Source: a virus
Taxonomy: Duplodnaviria; Caudoviricetes
Reading direction: 5' to 3' (one strand)
DNA: 26,152 bases
Virus record (IMG/VR): IMGVR_UViG_3300020310_000010
Span: 1 to 26,152 of that record
Shown: positions 19,501 to 26,130 of the stretch, piece by piece
Numbering within the stretch: the stretch's first letter is position 1
Layout: the number at the start of each line of letters is the position of its first letter
The notes under the pieces: model-generated
Databases searched by the model: none
Told to the model about the DNA's origin: nothing
Seen by the model: the letters and a program-made list of their open reading frames with translations, nothing else
Position numbers and translations under genes: made by a program

Positions 19501-22500
19501 GCTCCAAAGGTACTGATCTATAGGAATCTCCGATAAAATAGGGGAATTGTGTCTTACCATCATTATCAATAGTGGCAAAATATGCATAAACACCTTCAGG
19601 ATATTCTGGTGTTTTTCCGAATCTACCATTATTAACATCCAAATCACCATTATTTGTGAATTTATAGTCATCTACAAAGAAACCAGTAGTAAATCCAACA
19701 GGTCTATCTACAATATTTGTAATATCTGTCTCATAACCACTAATTAAACGTCGTGGATTACTTGCAACTGCAGGATCATCATAACCATAAGATCCATATA
19801 TTGGATTTCCATCATAGGCCCATCCAATAATCCTAGACTCTACTGTGGTACCACTTCCTACCTCACCAAAAGAGTCTCTATAAGTCTTTGCATACCCACA
19901 AAGACTGTAAGATAAATTATTAGGCCCTTCTAATAATAACTCATCACCCATTCTATCGTTTAAATCAACTGATAATGGTCTAACAGAAGCATCTAATTTT
20001 GCATTTTTACCTGACGAAATAACTCTAATAGAAGATGTATTAGAATATCCAATTCCAGTATTGATGATTTTAATATCAGTTATCTTATTATCAATTATGA
20101 CTGGTCTTAATTCTGCACCAATACCCTTTCCAGTAGGGTCAATAACTTGTAATTCTGGAATAGAGAAATATTCTTCACCACCATATTGAATATTAACCTC
20201 TTCAACTATTCCATTTACAATAACTGGTTTTAAAGTTGCACTCTTTCCTGTCTTTATAGACAGTGTTGGTTTTTTCTCGAAGTTTAATATTGTCGAACCA
20301 TAACCAGTACCAGTCTCATAAAGATAAGAATCAACAATACTACCCCTAATACTAGGAGTCAATATCATATCATTATAACTCTGAGATGTTGTACCAAATC
20401 CAACAGGAGTATACCTGAGTGTTATCTCTACATCGGGATATTTAAATACTTGATATCCAGTACCTTGTGATGAGAAATCTATAGTTAATCCACGTTCAAA
20501 ATTAGTATTACTTGCACCTACTCCTACACCAGCATCAGATAACTGGAAAGAGTCATTATCCAATTTTACAATATTATAATATTGTGTCGTTGTCGTTACT
20601 CCTGTAGCAGTGGTTAATCCAGAAATTGGTTGAGGGATAGTAGTACCAACACCAACATCTACATTATATTCAATTACATCACCATTATTAAAACCATGAT
20701 TATCAAAAACAATTTTATTATATTGTGTTGATATACCAGAAGGTTTCACTAATAATTTTCTATTAGTAAACTTACCTCCATCTAAAACCCTAACACTATC
20801 AATAAATTTCTGATCTGGTAGAGTGACAAATTTATGAGTACCAGATAGATTATAAGTACTTAATCCTATAGGATTAGTTCCTAGACCAGACAATGCTATC
20901 ACATCTTCTGCACTATTATATAATTTAACTGTATTACTATTCAACACTTTGACAAAGTAAGATGCACTAGTAACTAACGTTGATGTTCCAATACCAACAC
21001 CTATTCCCAAATTATCATTCGAATTATAAATTACTTGTTGCTGATTAAAGAAATCATGATCAGTCAAGAATTTGATTGTATTATTTGCCGTACTAATTCC
21101 ACCATTAGCATTTGTATTTCTTCCATCAAACTCAACACCTCTACTTCTTCTGGCAACAGCTGGTTCTAAAACAGCATCTCCATTCCCACCAGTAATATTA
21201 ATAGAAATGAACTCATTAATATTAAATTGTTGCTTGTCAATTAAAACCTTTTCTATACTACCTTCAATGACTGGTTGAACTAATGCTGTAGTTCCTGTTC
21301 CACTAGCAACTTCTATTTTTGGTGGATTGACAAGATCATAATCAGAACCATTATTTAAAATATCAATAGATTTTAAAGGTCCATAATAAATATGATCATT
21401 TGACTTATAGTTAGTAATTTCTACACCATTGATCAATAATCCAGTAGAACCTACATCTGTCTTAGTTTGTTTTCCTCTACTGGTAGTTACTTCTAATGGA
21501 AACTTCTTAAGTAATTTTTGAGGATCAATTTGATTGGATCTCTGAGAAAATAAAGTAAACTTATGATCACCATTCGCATATTCTGGAACAAAACTACCAT
21601 CCACATTTATAATCTTACTTACTTTAAGAGGAATGTAATTACCACTATTAATAAAGGATTTTGATGAATATAATTGTATAGTATCTGTAGAGGTACCAGA
21701 AGTAGTCAAGATCCCTACAAAATAACTACCAGTTTCTAGTCCGACATAAGCATTCCCAGATGGTTCATAATATACCTGATCTCCTGTTACAAATGGAACA
21801 GGATCATCAAATTGAATGGCACTAAACGTGGCAGTATCTAATCCGACAGTTATGGTCAATCCAGTACCAACAACAGTTGGTGGATAATCGACAGAAATTG
21901 ATTTTACTGGAGTGGTAATATCATTGACAAAAGAAGTAGTAAATTCATCATTTAACGTTCCAGTTTTTGAAGGAACTGAATTGGAAGCGATGTAAATATA
22001 ATCATCACCCTCGGTATATAAATTCTGTACATCAGATACAATCTTATCGACTTCCAAAGGAACAGAAGTACTATTTGCAATATTAACTTTTCTTCTCAAA
22101 TCATATTCAGTATTAATAGTAGGATTAAATCCACTGGTCAGTTTAATCTGCTTAGAACCAATAATAGTCTCAACATACACATCAAAAGTATCACCTAAAA
22201 CTACATCATTTGATGATCTAACAACTATCTCTACCCTATCATCTTTCTTTAGACTAGTTCTGTCAATTTCACCATCAAAAAGTATCTGAGAATTATTAAT
22301 AGATTTTATATTATATCTTACACATGTATTATAAATCAAAGAATTGGCAAATTTTCGTTTATGAGACATATTCCCATAAGCAGTTATTGGATTAGCACCA
22401 ACCTCATAACTATAAAAAGTACCTTTGATAGAATCACCGACATTTTTTACCGAAATTATCTGACCTTCATCGACAGCTAATGTATCAGAGACTTGTTCGA

Positions 22501-23725
22501 ACTCTGATAATACACCCGTGAGTCTTAATTTGACTTTTTTGGTAGTATCACCATTTTCATAACCAAAATAAGTCTCATTATTTCTTACAGAATCAGTAGA
22601 TTTAATAACATCAACAATACCATTACATCCAAAGAACTGATTTACACTTTTTTCGGTATAATTGATGTTTGTATTGATTCCTGCGACTAAAACTCCAGTC
22701 GTACCAAAACCTACAGTAGAATCAACGGTTATTACCGAAGAACCAACACTGACAGTATCAAGTGCTCTTGTTGCAGGGGTAATTTTAAAGTTTCCTTGTA
22801 TTGTATCCTCAACATCCGAATAACCACGGAAAAGAGATATTTTAAAATATTGTTGACTACTAGTGAGTGCCACTCCAGCTCTAGTAAATGTCTCTACTTC
22901 AGAAATAGAGGCATTTGTATCTAAATCATCAGATTTAAAGATTGTCTGACCAACTAGGTCTATAGGATTACCAGAAAGTGCCTCTGCAATGACAATTTCT
23001 CTTCTGACGTAATTTGCCGCAGATGGTTTGATTAAATACTCTTCTAAATTAACTACCTGAGGAGTCTCTCCATATAAAGCATTAAAAAGTATTCTAAATG
23101 ACTCGTCTGTTCCTTTTGATTCATATAATGACTTTACTTCTTTTAAAAATGTTCCAACATTGAGGGTAGAATTAAAATCTACATTTTCTAAACCTGGAGA
23201 TAATGTTGTTTTTATCTTTCTATAAAATTCCTTGAGAAATAAAGAACTCAGATTCTGAATATTTGCATTTTGTGTATGTGATGCGACTGCTGAAGTTGAA
23301 AATACCAATTCCTCTTCTTTGAGGTCTTCATGATAACTGGTAATACCACAAAATCCACGAATACATCCCGTAAACGTAGTTGATGTCTTTCCTGTATATG
23401 TAATGATTTCATCATTAATTTTTAACAGTCCATATTGACTTGGAAACCCCTTTGTGTTCGAAACTGAAATTGTTTCATTTGCGGTTCCTATATCAGTAGT
23501 AAGTGTAGTAGAGTCAACTACTACATCTGGTGTTAAATTATCTAATTTTAAATATTGATCTAAATTATCAGATAGATCAATTGGCCCACCCTGAAATTCT
23601 TGTGAAATATAATATTGCTTTAAAAAATCTAGAGCTTTAGGATTTTCATTTACGACAAATTCGGGAAGTTGATTCCCGATAATTTGCTGAACCTTAACCT
23701 TAGACTCAAAACCAGTATGTATCAT
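10526..23725 (-). CDS. gp7: Baseplate wedge initiator gp7, giant multi-domain form (4399 aa)
   Basis: Lies between gp6 and gp8. It has the N-terminal QLPEFV..ENP...FLKQYY and LYESKGT.ESFRILF.ALYG motifs and the internal YYQNLSY.VKS...LLH.SG.K.F motif of the gp7 family. It also carries a YHYH-like domain and many repeated beta modules. Confidence 0.88.
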   Translation of the reverse strand: MIHTGFESKVKVQQIIGNQLPEFVVNENPKALDFLKQYYISQEFQGGPIDLSDNLDQYLKLDNLTPDVVVDSTTLTTDIGTANETISVSNTKGFPSQYGLLKINDEIITYTGKTSTTFTGCIRGFCGITSYHEDLKEEELVFSTSAVASHTQNANIQNLSSLFLKEFYRKIKTTLSPGLENVDFNSTLNVGTFLKEVKSLYESKGTDESFRILFNALYGETPQVVNLEEYLIKPSAANYVRREIVIAEALSGNPIDLVGQTIFKSDDLDTNASISEVETFTRAGVALTSSQQYFKISLFRGYSDVEDTIQGNFKITPATRALDTVSVGSSVITVDSTVGFGTTGVLVAGINTNINYTEKSVNQFFGCNGIVDVIKSTDSVRNNETYFGYENGDTTKKVKLRLTGVLSEFEQVSDTLAVDEGQIISVKNVGDSIKGTFYSYEVGANPITAYGNMSHKRKFANSLIYNTCVRYNIKSINNSQILFDGEIDRTSLKKDDRVEIVVRSSNDVVLGDTFDVYVETIIGSKQIKLTSGFNPTINTEYDLRRKVNIANSTSVPLEVDKIVSDVQNLYTEGDDYIYIASNSVPSKTGTLNDEFTTSFVNDITTPVKSISVDYPPTVVGTGLTITVGLDTATFSAIQFDDPVPFVTGDQVYYEPSGNAYVGLETGSYFVGILTTSGTSTDTIQLYSSKSFINSGNYIPLKVSKIINVDGSFVPEYANGDHKFTLFSQRSNQIDPQKLLKKFPLEVTTSRGKQTKTDVGSTGLLINGVEITNYKSNDHIYYGPLKSIDILNNGSDYDLVNPPKIEVASGTGTTALVQPVIEGSIEKVLIDKQQFNINEFISINITGGNGDAVLEPAVARRSRGVEFDGRNTNANGGISTANNTIKFLTDHDFFNQQQVIYNSNDNLGIGVGIGTSTLVTSASYFVKVLNSNTVKLYNSAEDVIALSGLGTNPIGLSTYNLSGTHKFVTLPDQKFIDSVRVLDGGKFTNRKLLVKPSGISTQYNKIVFDNHGFNNGDVIEYNVDVGVGTTIPQPISGLTTATGVTTTTQYYNIVKLDNDSFQLSDAGVGVGASNTNFERGLTIDFSSQGTGYQVFKYPDVEITLRYTPVGFGTTSQSYNDMILTPSIRGSIVDSYLYETGTGYGSTILNFEKKPTLSIKTGKSATLKPVIVNGIVEEVNIQYGGEEYFSIPELQVIDPTGKGIGAELRPVIIDNKITDIKIINTGIGYSNTSSIRVISSGKNAKLDASVRPLSVDLNDRMGDELLLEGPNNLSYSLCGYAKTYRDSFGEVGSGTTVESRIIGWAYDGNPIYGSYGYDDPAVASNPRRLISGYETDITNIVDRPVGFTTGFFVDDYKFTNNGDLDVNNGRFGKTPEYPEGVYAYFATIDNDGKTQFPYFIGDSYRSVPLEQNIDQSFDFKGSDLKRNTFPYRVADKNADNDFIIETNELEDQKIEIESVTDGSVDQLLVSSAGENYKINDSIDFDNIGGGSGVVAKVSSLKGKDVIGVSVTTSTYEGVFSWVNSNTLKVNVTSMATAQGISKGFISTERINAYHNWINNDNIIISGVSTSSGISSSVPALTQLDGNYQIGISSQSASLISDVIPAASGVTTEIYVSSIPNYLSIGSKAEIGGTNTEELTILNIYRNLKALRVVRSTGLAHSITSPITYAPDSFTIEKTTDFFESEVNDIVYFNPTQSVGFGTTSGVTHKTSFTFGNEIITRNIPTQRIYLENHPFKVDQELTFDKIGGITTSVAADIVVSDNNGATTFNLPSTVYVADVTPNTIALKTGIGTTSGDFKDLYFTAGGADFDSKYNFKTNFPQITGEFQKITGTVAISTVATSNLKFGDQIKLDVKPDLSVGIGASTAVRVIRDSETGYMLIDPVETSYTNIDVAADTIRIDNHGFKRGDKIFYTIADGTFPTGLTTNSSYFTYVVNENFIQLSETSVDCLSNPPKVVDITAAGVGTSKFYQINPQLEVVKNNNLVFDLSDSSLSNYNLKFYYDNEFKNNFVSTGSTTNTFSIVSSGTTTTLNHDSSYPSKLYYSLERSGFISTADTEVSNYSEIIFVDSLFNNSYNVVGVATTSFDFTLNQVPEKLSYSDTECDSISYTTKSLNETGGIHAASIVSGGVNYKKLPNFVGSSSTEGTGGYVIAKSKTIGNIKQVRIINEGFEYSADSTLEPTALISPLISIKNSNTIGIVSVTSGGSGFTDAPNIVIVDSATREKLDGGILLPTITGSSISSVEIVSAPNGLPDESVTLFTINNDNGVGISEIVSNSTGIFTCYIDTPSSGFSPLPFLTNDEVFIEGVTRVGTAGSGFNSSDYGYKFGKVINYTTGLKDVVTIDLETIGVSTNTGIAATDQGSFAMIINRNNYPSFTTVDESNQFIIGEELMIDNVLIGLVITHSENDFIKVFGDYDLKVGDIVTGQTSGSIATISSIQENLGKYSVKFSVKKNIGWSDDIGKLDLDTQVTADNDYYQNLSYTVKSTKGFDELRSPVSALLHTSGLKNFADVGIGSTTRSTGGISTEGSWRVGTSSTDFSLIIQDLVEDTTVWTINDYDEAYDYGNTATQSRFIKLENKPLSDYSLAKSNEVLKIDNINQQFSNLEGEPSEYLDLIELNTSIPYQNLFYRITNLSGTDIQTTDLVVLDNGTSKVLLEKSNLEDDYNIGVFSIETNLIGMSVLRFTPNPNAYDYDYDLKEIKKTFDSSTGIGTFPIGFVNKTGFVGVATTATSGVTTTSIISVDSTKFDSFHVQNHLVNKTTNEMNYVEIYVTHDGTDTYTSEYFLDTHNPIDGYSGTLMGSFSGELDGSVFSLQYENDLTDEIKISSNIVGFGKTSVGIGTYRFLATGQAETSERSALYQSNYAVGVGTTSIVEFDSNLFNAAKSIVQVSVGSTRIVSEVKFNHDTTNTFVQTGPFLSNAGIGTVNPIGVFTGVLSGGTFALSFTPENGYASNSIQVDALTLGVYTDIDTDNIPLINDFEYGKANESINAHYFNAINGLRIDRKNFTLKNDGTPIFAKTFDPNSSVVNLATGLFSIDKHLFRTNEELIYTPGVSFVGVGSTAMQYQSGAYHHQLPSSVFAIRNDANSFYISTTREGAAVTFVGVGTGNAHEFAMAKADTKAVLSINDVIQAPLAFSPVSHTLQNNPESVLGSAGIGATATIFSLSGISSLAPSDILKIDDEYMKVLDIGIGTETSGPITVGIGSTTLVQVERGFVGSAATAHTNTTTAQLYKGSYRILGKDIWFTEPPRGNPQVTKNINNLEWPTSDFNGRVFLRSDYTTNQVYDDVSSQFSGIATNFDLKVNGATSVGMGTIGGNGIALINGIYQRPTAANNPQNNYEILDPTIGAGTTSIMFTGISANVGDPISINENDINQNQLPRGGVIISLGSTPGRGYAPLVPAQVYPQLDANGTITSLVSAAATGPSNSITTASYNNETGSLEITTENAHNFEVGIVDQVKLAGLEFTCSGSFNVYDAYYNQTTGDLVLTVGDHYLAVGQNIQIKTSSLRFTCAKDNHATNHDYPRVGDPIAGISTPITATTNSTVTIGVGTAVDPTAGIHTFVSQVISDAVIVKSGYSGTTSNIFPYAAVGLGSTSFDYTIVSVGATNKFTTDVGINSIPHTFVGGGSVMPWYGDANLGSGYYGDTVSIGVTDMPFTHKFVSAASGTIVGYTTAPSYIDYNPATGYLVVSLPNHGKTTSDTVTFANDKITLTCSKDNYATEHTYPRASDRISGIATAITAYDTNTFTVYVGENAGSGGSVTATIGIGGTLTFAIGAGGTNYQNPIINIPEPSYAGLGVTGISRLSVPGGTTTDTGVGLLLDLQVSAASTVGIGSTQFAVNNWEIARNGYAFQRGDVFAPVGLVTDASLSSPIEECQFTVLDVYNDPFAAWQFGQFDYIDSIKPLQDGSKRRFDLKYDGDLLSFELPTDPDFPYMNLANALFIIVNGIIQEPGVAYEFEGGTSFIFTEAPKTVDDVAIFFYRGSSSVDTALVTNIIPSIKEGDSVQMRKIIEQNPPTEVNQTSRFIADLTRSDVIETNLYTGDGISDTRPKSLSWTKQKIDRVINGQVFYKSRDALESLIFPTAKIIGNFSATDNEVYLDNADLFAYDLPDTTASPLGGFIVDNTSPVAAALTATVSAAGTISALTIVSGGSGYVGATTSVSITAPPVGVGTFIKPDGSVGIGSTATATVTVTNGVLTGTPTITGIGLGYTTTNPPQVIAALPSYKSELITNITSVKGFSGIVTGIGTAAGVGTITAIKFHVTGIATGAWTDLSVGYPISVFDTQVGSGVSSVYESGNGIVGVGTTFLDNIYRVAEISFTGVANSPTAVGLITCNVEYFGNHVGIASSGTVPIGGISWGRLAGTLTRNSPVGFAVSNYTVNSGLTTFPTLQRRTEGIRDTGGIEPN
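12491..13460 (-). repeat. Three diverged copies of a Y(N/D)..TG.L.(I/L/V)...H...FTC module in gp7 (protein-level repeat)
   Basis: SYNNETGSLEITTENAHNF...GLEFTC; YYNQTTGDLVLTVGDHYL...LRFTCAKDNHATNHDYPRVGDP; DYNPATGYLVVSLPNHGK...ITLTCSKDNYATEHTYPRASDR. Confidence 0.8.
19530..19835 (-). other. YHYH-like domain inside gp7
   Basis: IIGWAYDGNPIYGSYGY...DLDVNNGRFGKTPEYPEGVYAYFATI...FPYFIG matches the G.A.DG.PIYG / DLD..NG / Y.Y signature of the YHYH family. The eponymous motif here reads YAYF. Confidence 0.7.
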
Positions 23726-23726
23726 A

Positions 23727-25655
23727 TTATTCTCTTATTAATTGTCCGTTTAGATAACTTGAGGTGTAGAAGTCTTTAATAAATGTAGTTCCAGATATTT
23801 CATCACCCGAACTAATCACATCTCTTACCATATTTATTTTACTTTTTGAGACGCTAAAATCAAGGTATAATTCTCTCAATCCAATGACATCATTTGACTC
23901 AGGAATTGCCTGTATCTCTACGACCCCTGTACCGTCCACTGTGGACGTTATATTAATCGTTCCTAAGAGAATTTCACCTTTGATATAATCTACTGTTCCT
24001 GCCGATTTAGCGACCACTCCAAAACTTCCATCATTATTAATCTGTACTAGAGAAAGTACTCCAGTTTTTAGATCTCTATTAGGAATATCGGTGATATAGA
24101 CTGGTTTGGAATTTCCACTGATGAAAAATCCTTTTGATTTGATGTTAAAACCTGTAGCATTGACATGGAATCGATTTCCATAGCATAATTCATACTGTGC
24201 AAACTGATTTGTCGCAACTTTTAGATTTCTTCTGATGATCACCTTCGTAATATTCGAAGTTATTGCAGTATCAGTGGCATCGATGACCTGTTGCACCTTA
24301 CTATACTTAAATCTTCCTCCAAATTTGTTTAAATCTACCGAATTTCCGTAAGTATTGAGTGAATTTACAACCTTTGCTCTAAGTGATTCTGGAGTTGAGA
24401 CTAAATTTTCATTAAAATACACCGAAGAATTGATTTCGACGTATAAAACCTTTAAATCTTCGATTCGTTGGTTAATTCCAGAGACAGAATACTGTTTTAA
24501 TTGTGATAAAATCCGAGTTTTGTTAAAATCAGTGACAAAAAACCCATTTTTTGGTTTTATACTTAATATAACGTTACCAAATTCGGGTGGATCCATCTCT
24601 TCACCCCCGACGACAGCTACAGATTCTGTATCTGCGTAAATTCTCTTAATAATTGCCTCATAATCTCGTGGTGTGACGGCACGATACTGTGAAGAATACG
24701 TTTTTGGAGCATAATATTTAATCGAACTGATAGATTCAATTTCAGATCCGTTCGTAGAAGACTCATTTGTGATGACAGTCACTGGTGGAGAACCTGCCAA
24801 TGTTTTAGCAATTCCATTCGAATCAACGACCTTTCCAGTGAAAGTAAGTCTATTTCCCTTGCCGATACCGTTACCTTCTTTACCGTCTGTAACAATATAC
24901 CTTACCGTCACCGTATATCCGTTCGGAATCTTCTTTCCGAAAAGACCATCTCCAAAAAAGAGTTCATATCTTTCATCCTGAACCTCTTGTAAGAGATAAA
25001 TTTCAGAATTTTTATCTACATTTAATATATTATCGACTAATGAATATTCGACTCCTAATTCTGCACTATCCTGACTGATATAGACCTTCATGGTCGAGGT
25101 GTCAATACCATCATTATCTAATATAAACCTTTGATCTAATGAACCATCTATGACAAATTTCTTTTCTAAGAAAACACCTTCTTTAATATCAATACCATTA
25201 AAGACTGCCTCATAATTACCAGCACCATTCAGAATTACCGATGTGGAGATATTATTTGAGATTGAAAATGTAAATGATGTATCACTTCGTTCACCGACAC
25301 ATATCATACCTGCCTGTAGAGACACCGTAGACGTTCCAGGATCGGTTGCACCGAATCCGACGGTGACCGTGACATTGGCGGTTGCTGCCGTTCTAGAGCG
25401 TGGTACATAACCTATATTTCTTGCCAGAGAAACTACATTCTCTCTCATAGTCGCAGAATCCAAGAAGGATTCATTGACGACCATATTAGAGTTAAATGCG
25501 GTGATATACGTATTATAAGCTAAGGTGTCAATTAAAATAGAAAAATTAGATCCCTCAAAATCAAACCCAGTAAAGTCTGAGTTGGCCCTGAGATAGGATG
25601 TAATTGATGTTTTTATCTGATCAAAGTCAAGATCTGTAAATTTAGTAAAAGGCAT
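23727..25655 (-). CDS. gp6: Baseplate wedge subunit gp6 (baseplate J-like)
   Basis: 642 aa. LDFDQIK...YL...F..FDFEGSN.S.LID.LAYNTY...N...NESFLDSA..RENVVSLAR.IGY.PRS, YELFFGDG.FGK and QYRAVT..DYE are hallmark gp6 motifs. Length is close to T4 gp6. Confidence 0.95.
   Translation of the reverse strand: MPFTKFTDLDFDQIKTSITSYLRANSDFTGFDFEGSNFSILIDTLAYNTYITAFNSNMVVNESFLDSATMRENVVSLARNIGYVPRSRTAATANVTVTVGFGATDPGTSTVSLQAGMICVGERSDTSFTFSISNNISTSVILNGAGNYEAVFNGIDIKEGVFLEKKFVIDGSLDQRFILDNDGIDTSTMKVYISQDSAELGVEYSLVDNILNVDKNSEIYLLQEVQDERYELFFGDGLFGKKIPNGYTVTVRYIVTDGKEGNGIGKGNRLTFTGKVVDSNGIAKTLAGSPPVTVITNESSTNGSEIESISSIKYYAPKTYSSQYRAVTPRDYEAIIKRIYADTESVAVVGGEEMDPPEFGNVILSIKPKNGFFVTDFNKTRILSQLKQYSVSGINQRIEDLKVLYVEINSSVYFNENLVSTPESLRAKVVNSLNTYGNSVDLNKFGGRFKYSKVQQVIDATDTAITSNITKVIIRRNLKVATNQFAQYELCYGNRFHVNATGFNIKSKGFFISGNSKPVYITDIPNRDLKTGVLSLVQINNDGSFGVVAKSAGTVDYIKGEILLGTINITSTVDGTGVVEIQAIPESNDVIGLRELYLDFSVSKSKINMVRDVISSGDEISGTTFIKDFYTSSYLNGQLIRE
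23831..23838 (-). promoter_or_regulatory. Possible internal late promoter AATAAATA near the 3' end of gp6, upstream of gp7
   Basis: NATAAATA match about 105 nt upstream of the gp7 ATG. It could be a chance match in AT-rich coding sequence. Confidence 0.3.
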
Positions 25656-25658
25656 GTG

Positions 25659-26060
25659 TTATCTCGTTGCCTCTAAGAGGAAAGAATATTCTTGTGTTGG
25701 GAACTCTTGTCCAATAATGTCATAGATGACGGTCACCTCAAAACTATTGATATCTGGTTGAGGATCGACTCCGCAACTCACATTATCGATTCTTGGTTCA
25801 AAGTTATCTAGTGCAATTTCAATTTGTCCCCGAATGTTCGAGGCAGTACCAAAATCGACAAACTCAAATAGGCTACCATAGACATCGGATCCGAATAAAG
25901 AATTAAAGAATTTTTCAGTAGGAATCGTCTGAACAATATTTCTTACAGAACGACGAATCGCATTCTCATTATGAAGAACCTTTAAATCTCCTGATACTGG
26001 ATGAGGCTCAAAAGATAAACTAATATCTTTATATGCTCTTGATATCCTCTTAATCGCCAT
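25659..26060 (-). CDS. gp25: Baseplate wedge subunit gp25 (GPW/gp25 family)
   Basis: 133 aa. YKDISLSF..HPV.GDL....NENAI.RSVRNIV.T...EKFF...FGS.V...LFE and I..AL.NFEPRI are gp25-family motifs. It is directly upstream of gp6. Confidence 0.93.
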   Translation of the reverse strand: MAIKRISRAYKDISLSFEPHPVSGDLKVLHNENAIRRSVRNIVQTIPTEKFFNSLFGSDVYGSLFEFVDFGTASNIRGQIEIALDNFEPRIDNVSCGVDPQPDINSFEVTVIYDIIGQEFPTQEYSFLLEATR

Positions 26061-26077
26061 TGGACGTAGTTTTTATT

Positions 26078-26085
26078 TATTTATA
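26078..26085 (-). promoter_or_regulatory. T4-type late promoter TATAAATA upstream of gp25
   Basis: Perfect TATAAATA on the minus strand (with an overlapping second TAAATA), 17 nt before the gp25 ATG and just downstream of a terminator. Confidence 0.85.
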
Positions 26086-26099
26086 TGACATTCACCCAT

Positions 26100-26126
26100 A
26101 AAAAAAGAGACCCCTTTCGGAGTCTC
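26100..26126 (-). terminator. Rho-independent terminator closing the upstream transcription unit
   Basis: Minus strand reads GAGACTCC-GAAA-GGGGTCTC-TTTTTTT: an 8-bp stem with one G-U pair, a GNRA tetraloop and 7 U residues, 4 nt after the stop codon at 26131-26133. Confidence 0.9.
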
Positions 26127-26130
26127 CCTT

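Noticed and set aside
2139-19671. Short minus-strand alternative-frame ORFs (2139, 7989, 14353, 19459)
   Set aside because: They are nested out of frame in DUF4815/gp7 and are L/I/M/Q-rich, as expected from a shifted reading of AT-rich codons. I see no independent start signals.
1417-23725. Inteins, introns or homing endonucleases as an explanation for the giant ORFs
   Set aside because: I found no Hint-domain motifs (N-terminal C/S block, C-terminal HN-C/S/T) and no LAGLIDADG, HNH or GIY-YIG signatures in the translations. The frames are uninterrupted.
3215-24981. Short plus-strand ORFs in the track (3215, 8911, 8954, 10138, 11310, 12153, 14556, 15002, 16950, 19547, 21072, 24355, 24769)
   Set aside because: All are 66-113 aa, lie antisense within long conserved genes, lack recognisable motifs and have the composition expected of shadow frames.
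8869-25661. gp25-gp6 (TAA CAC ATG) and gp8-DUF4815 (TAA AGT AAC ATG) junctions are in frame, so stop read-through could give fusions
   Set aside because: In-frame spacing occurs one time in three by chance, UAA is the most efficient bacterial stop, and both pairs are separate genes in related phages.
25659-26060. Annotating gp25 as a lysozyme
   Set aside because: 'Lysozyme' is a legacy label for this family. gp25 is a structural sheath-initiating wedge subunit, and I see no lysozyme catalytic motif.
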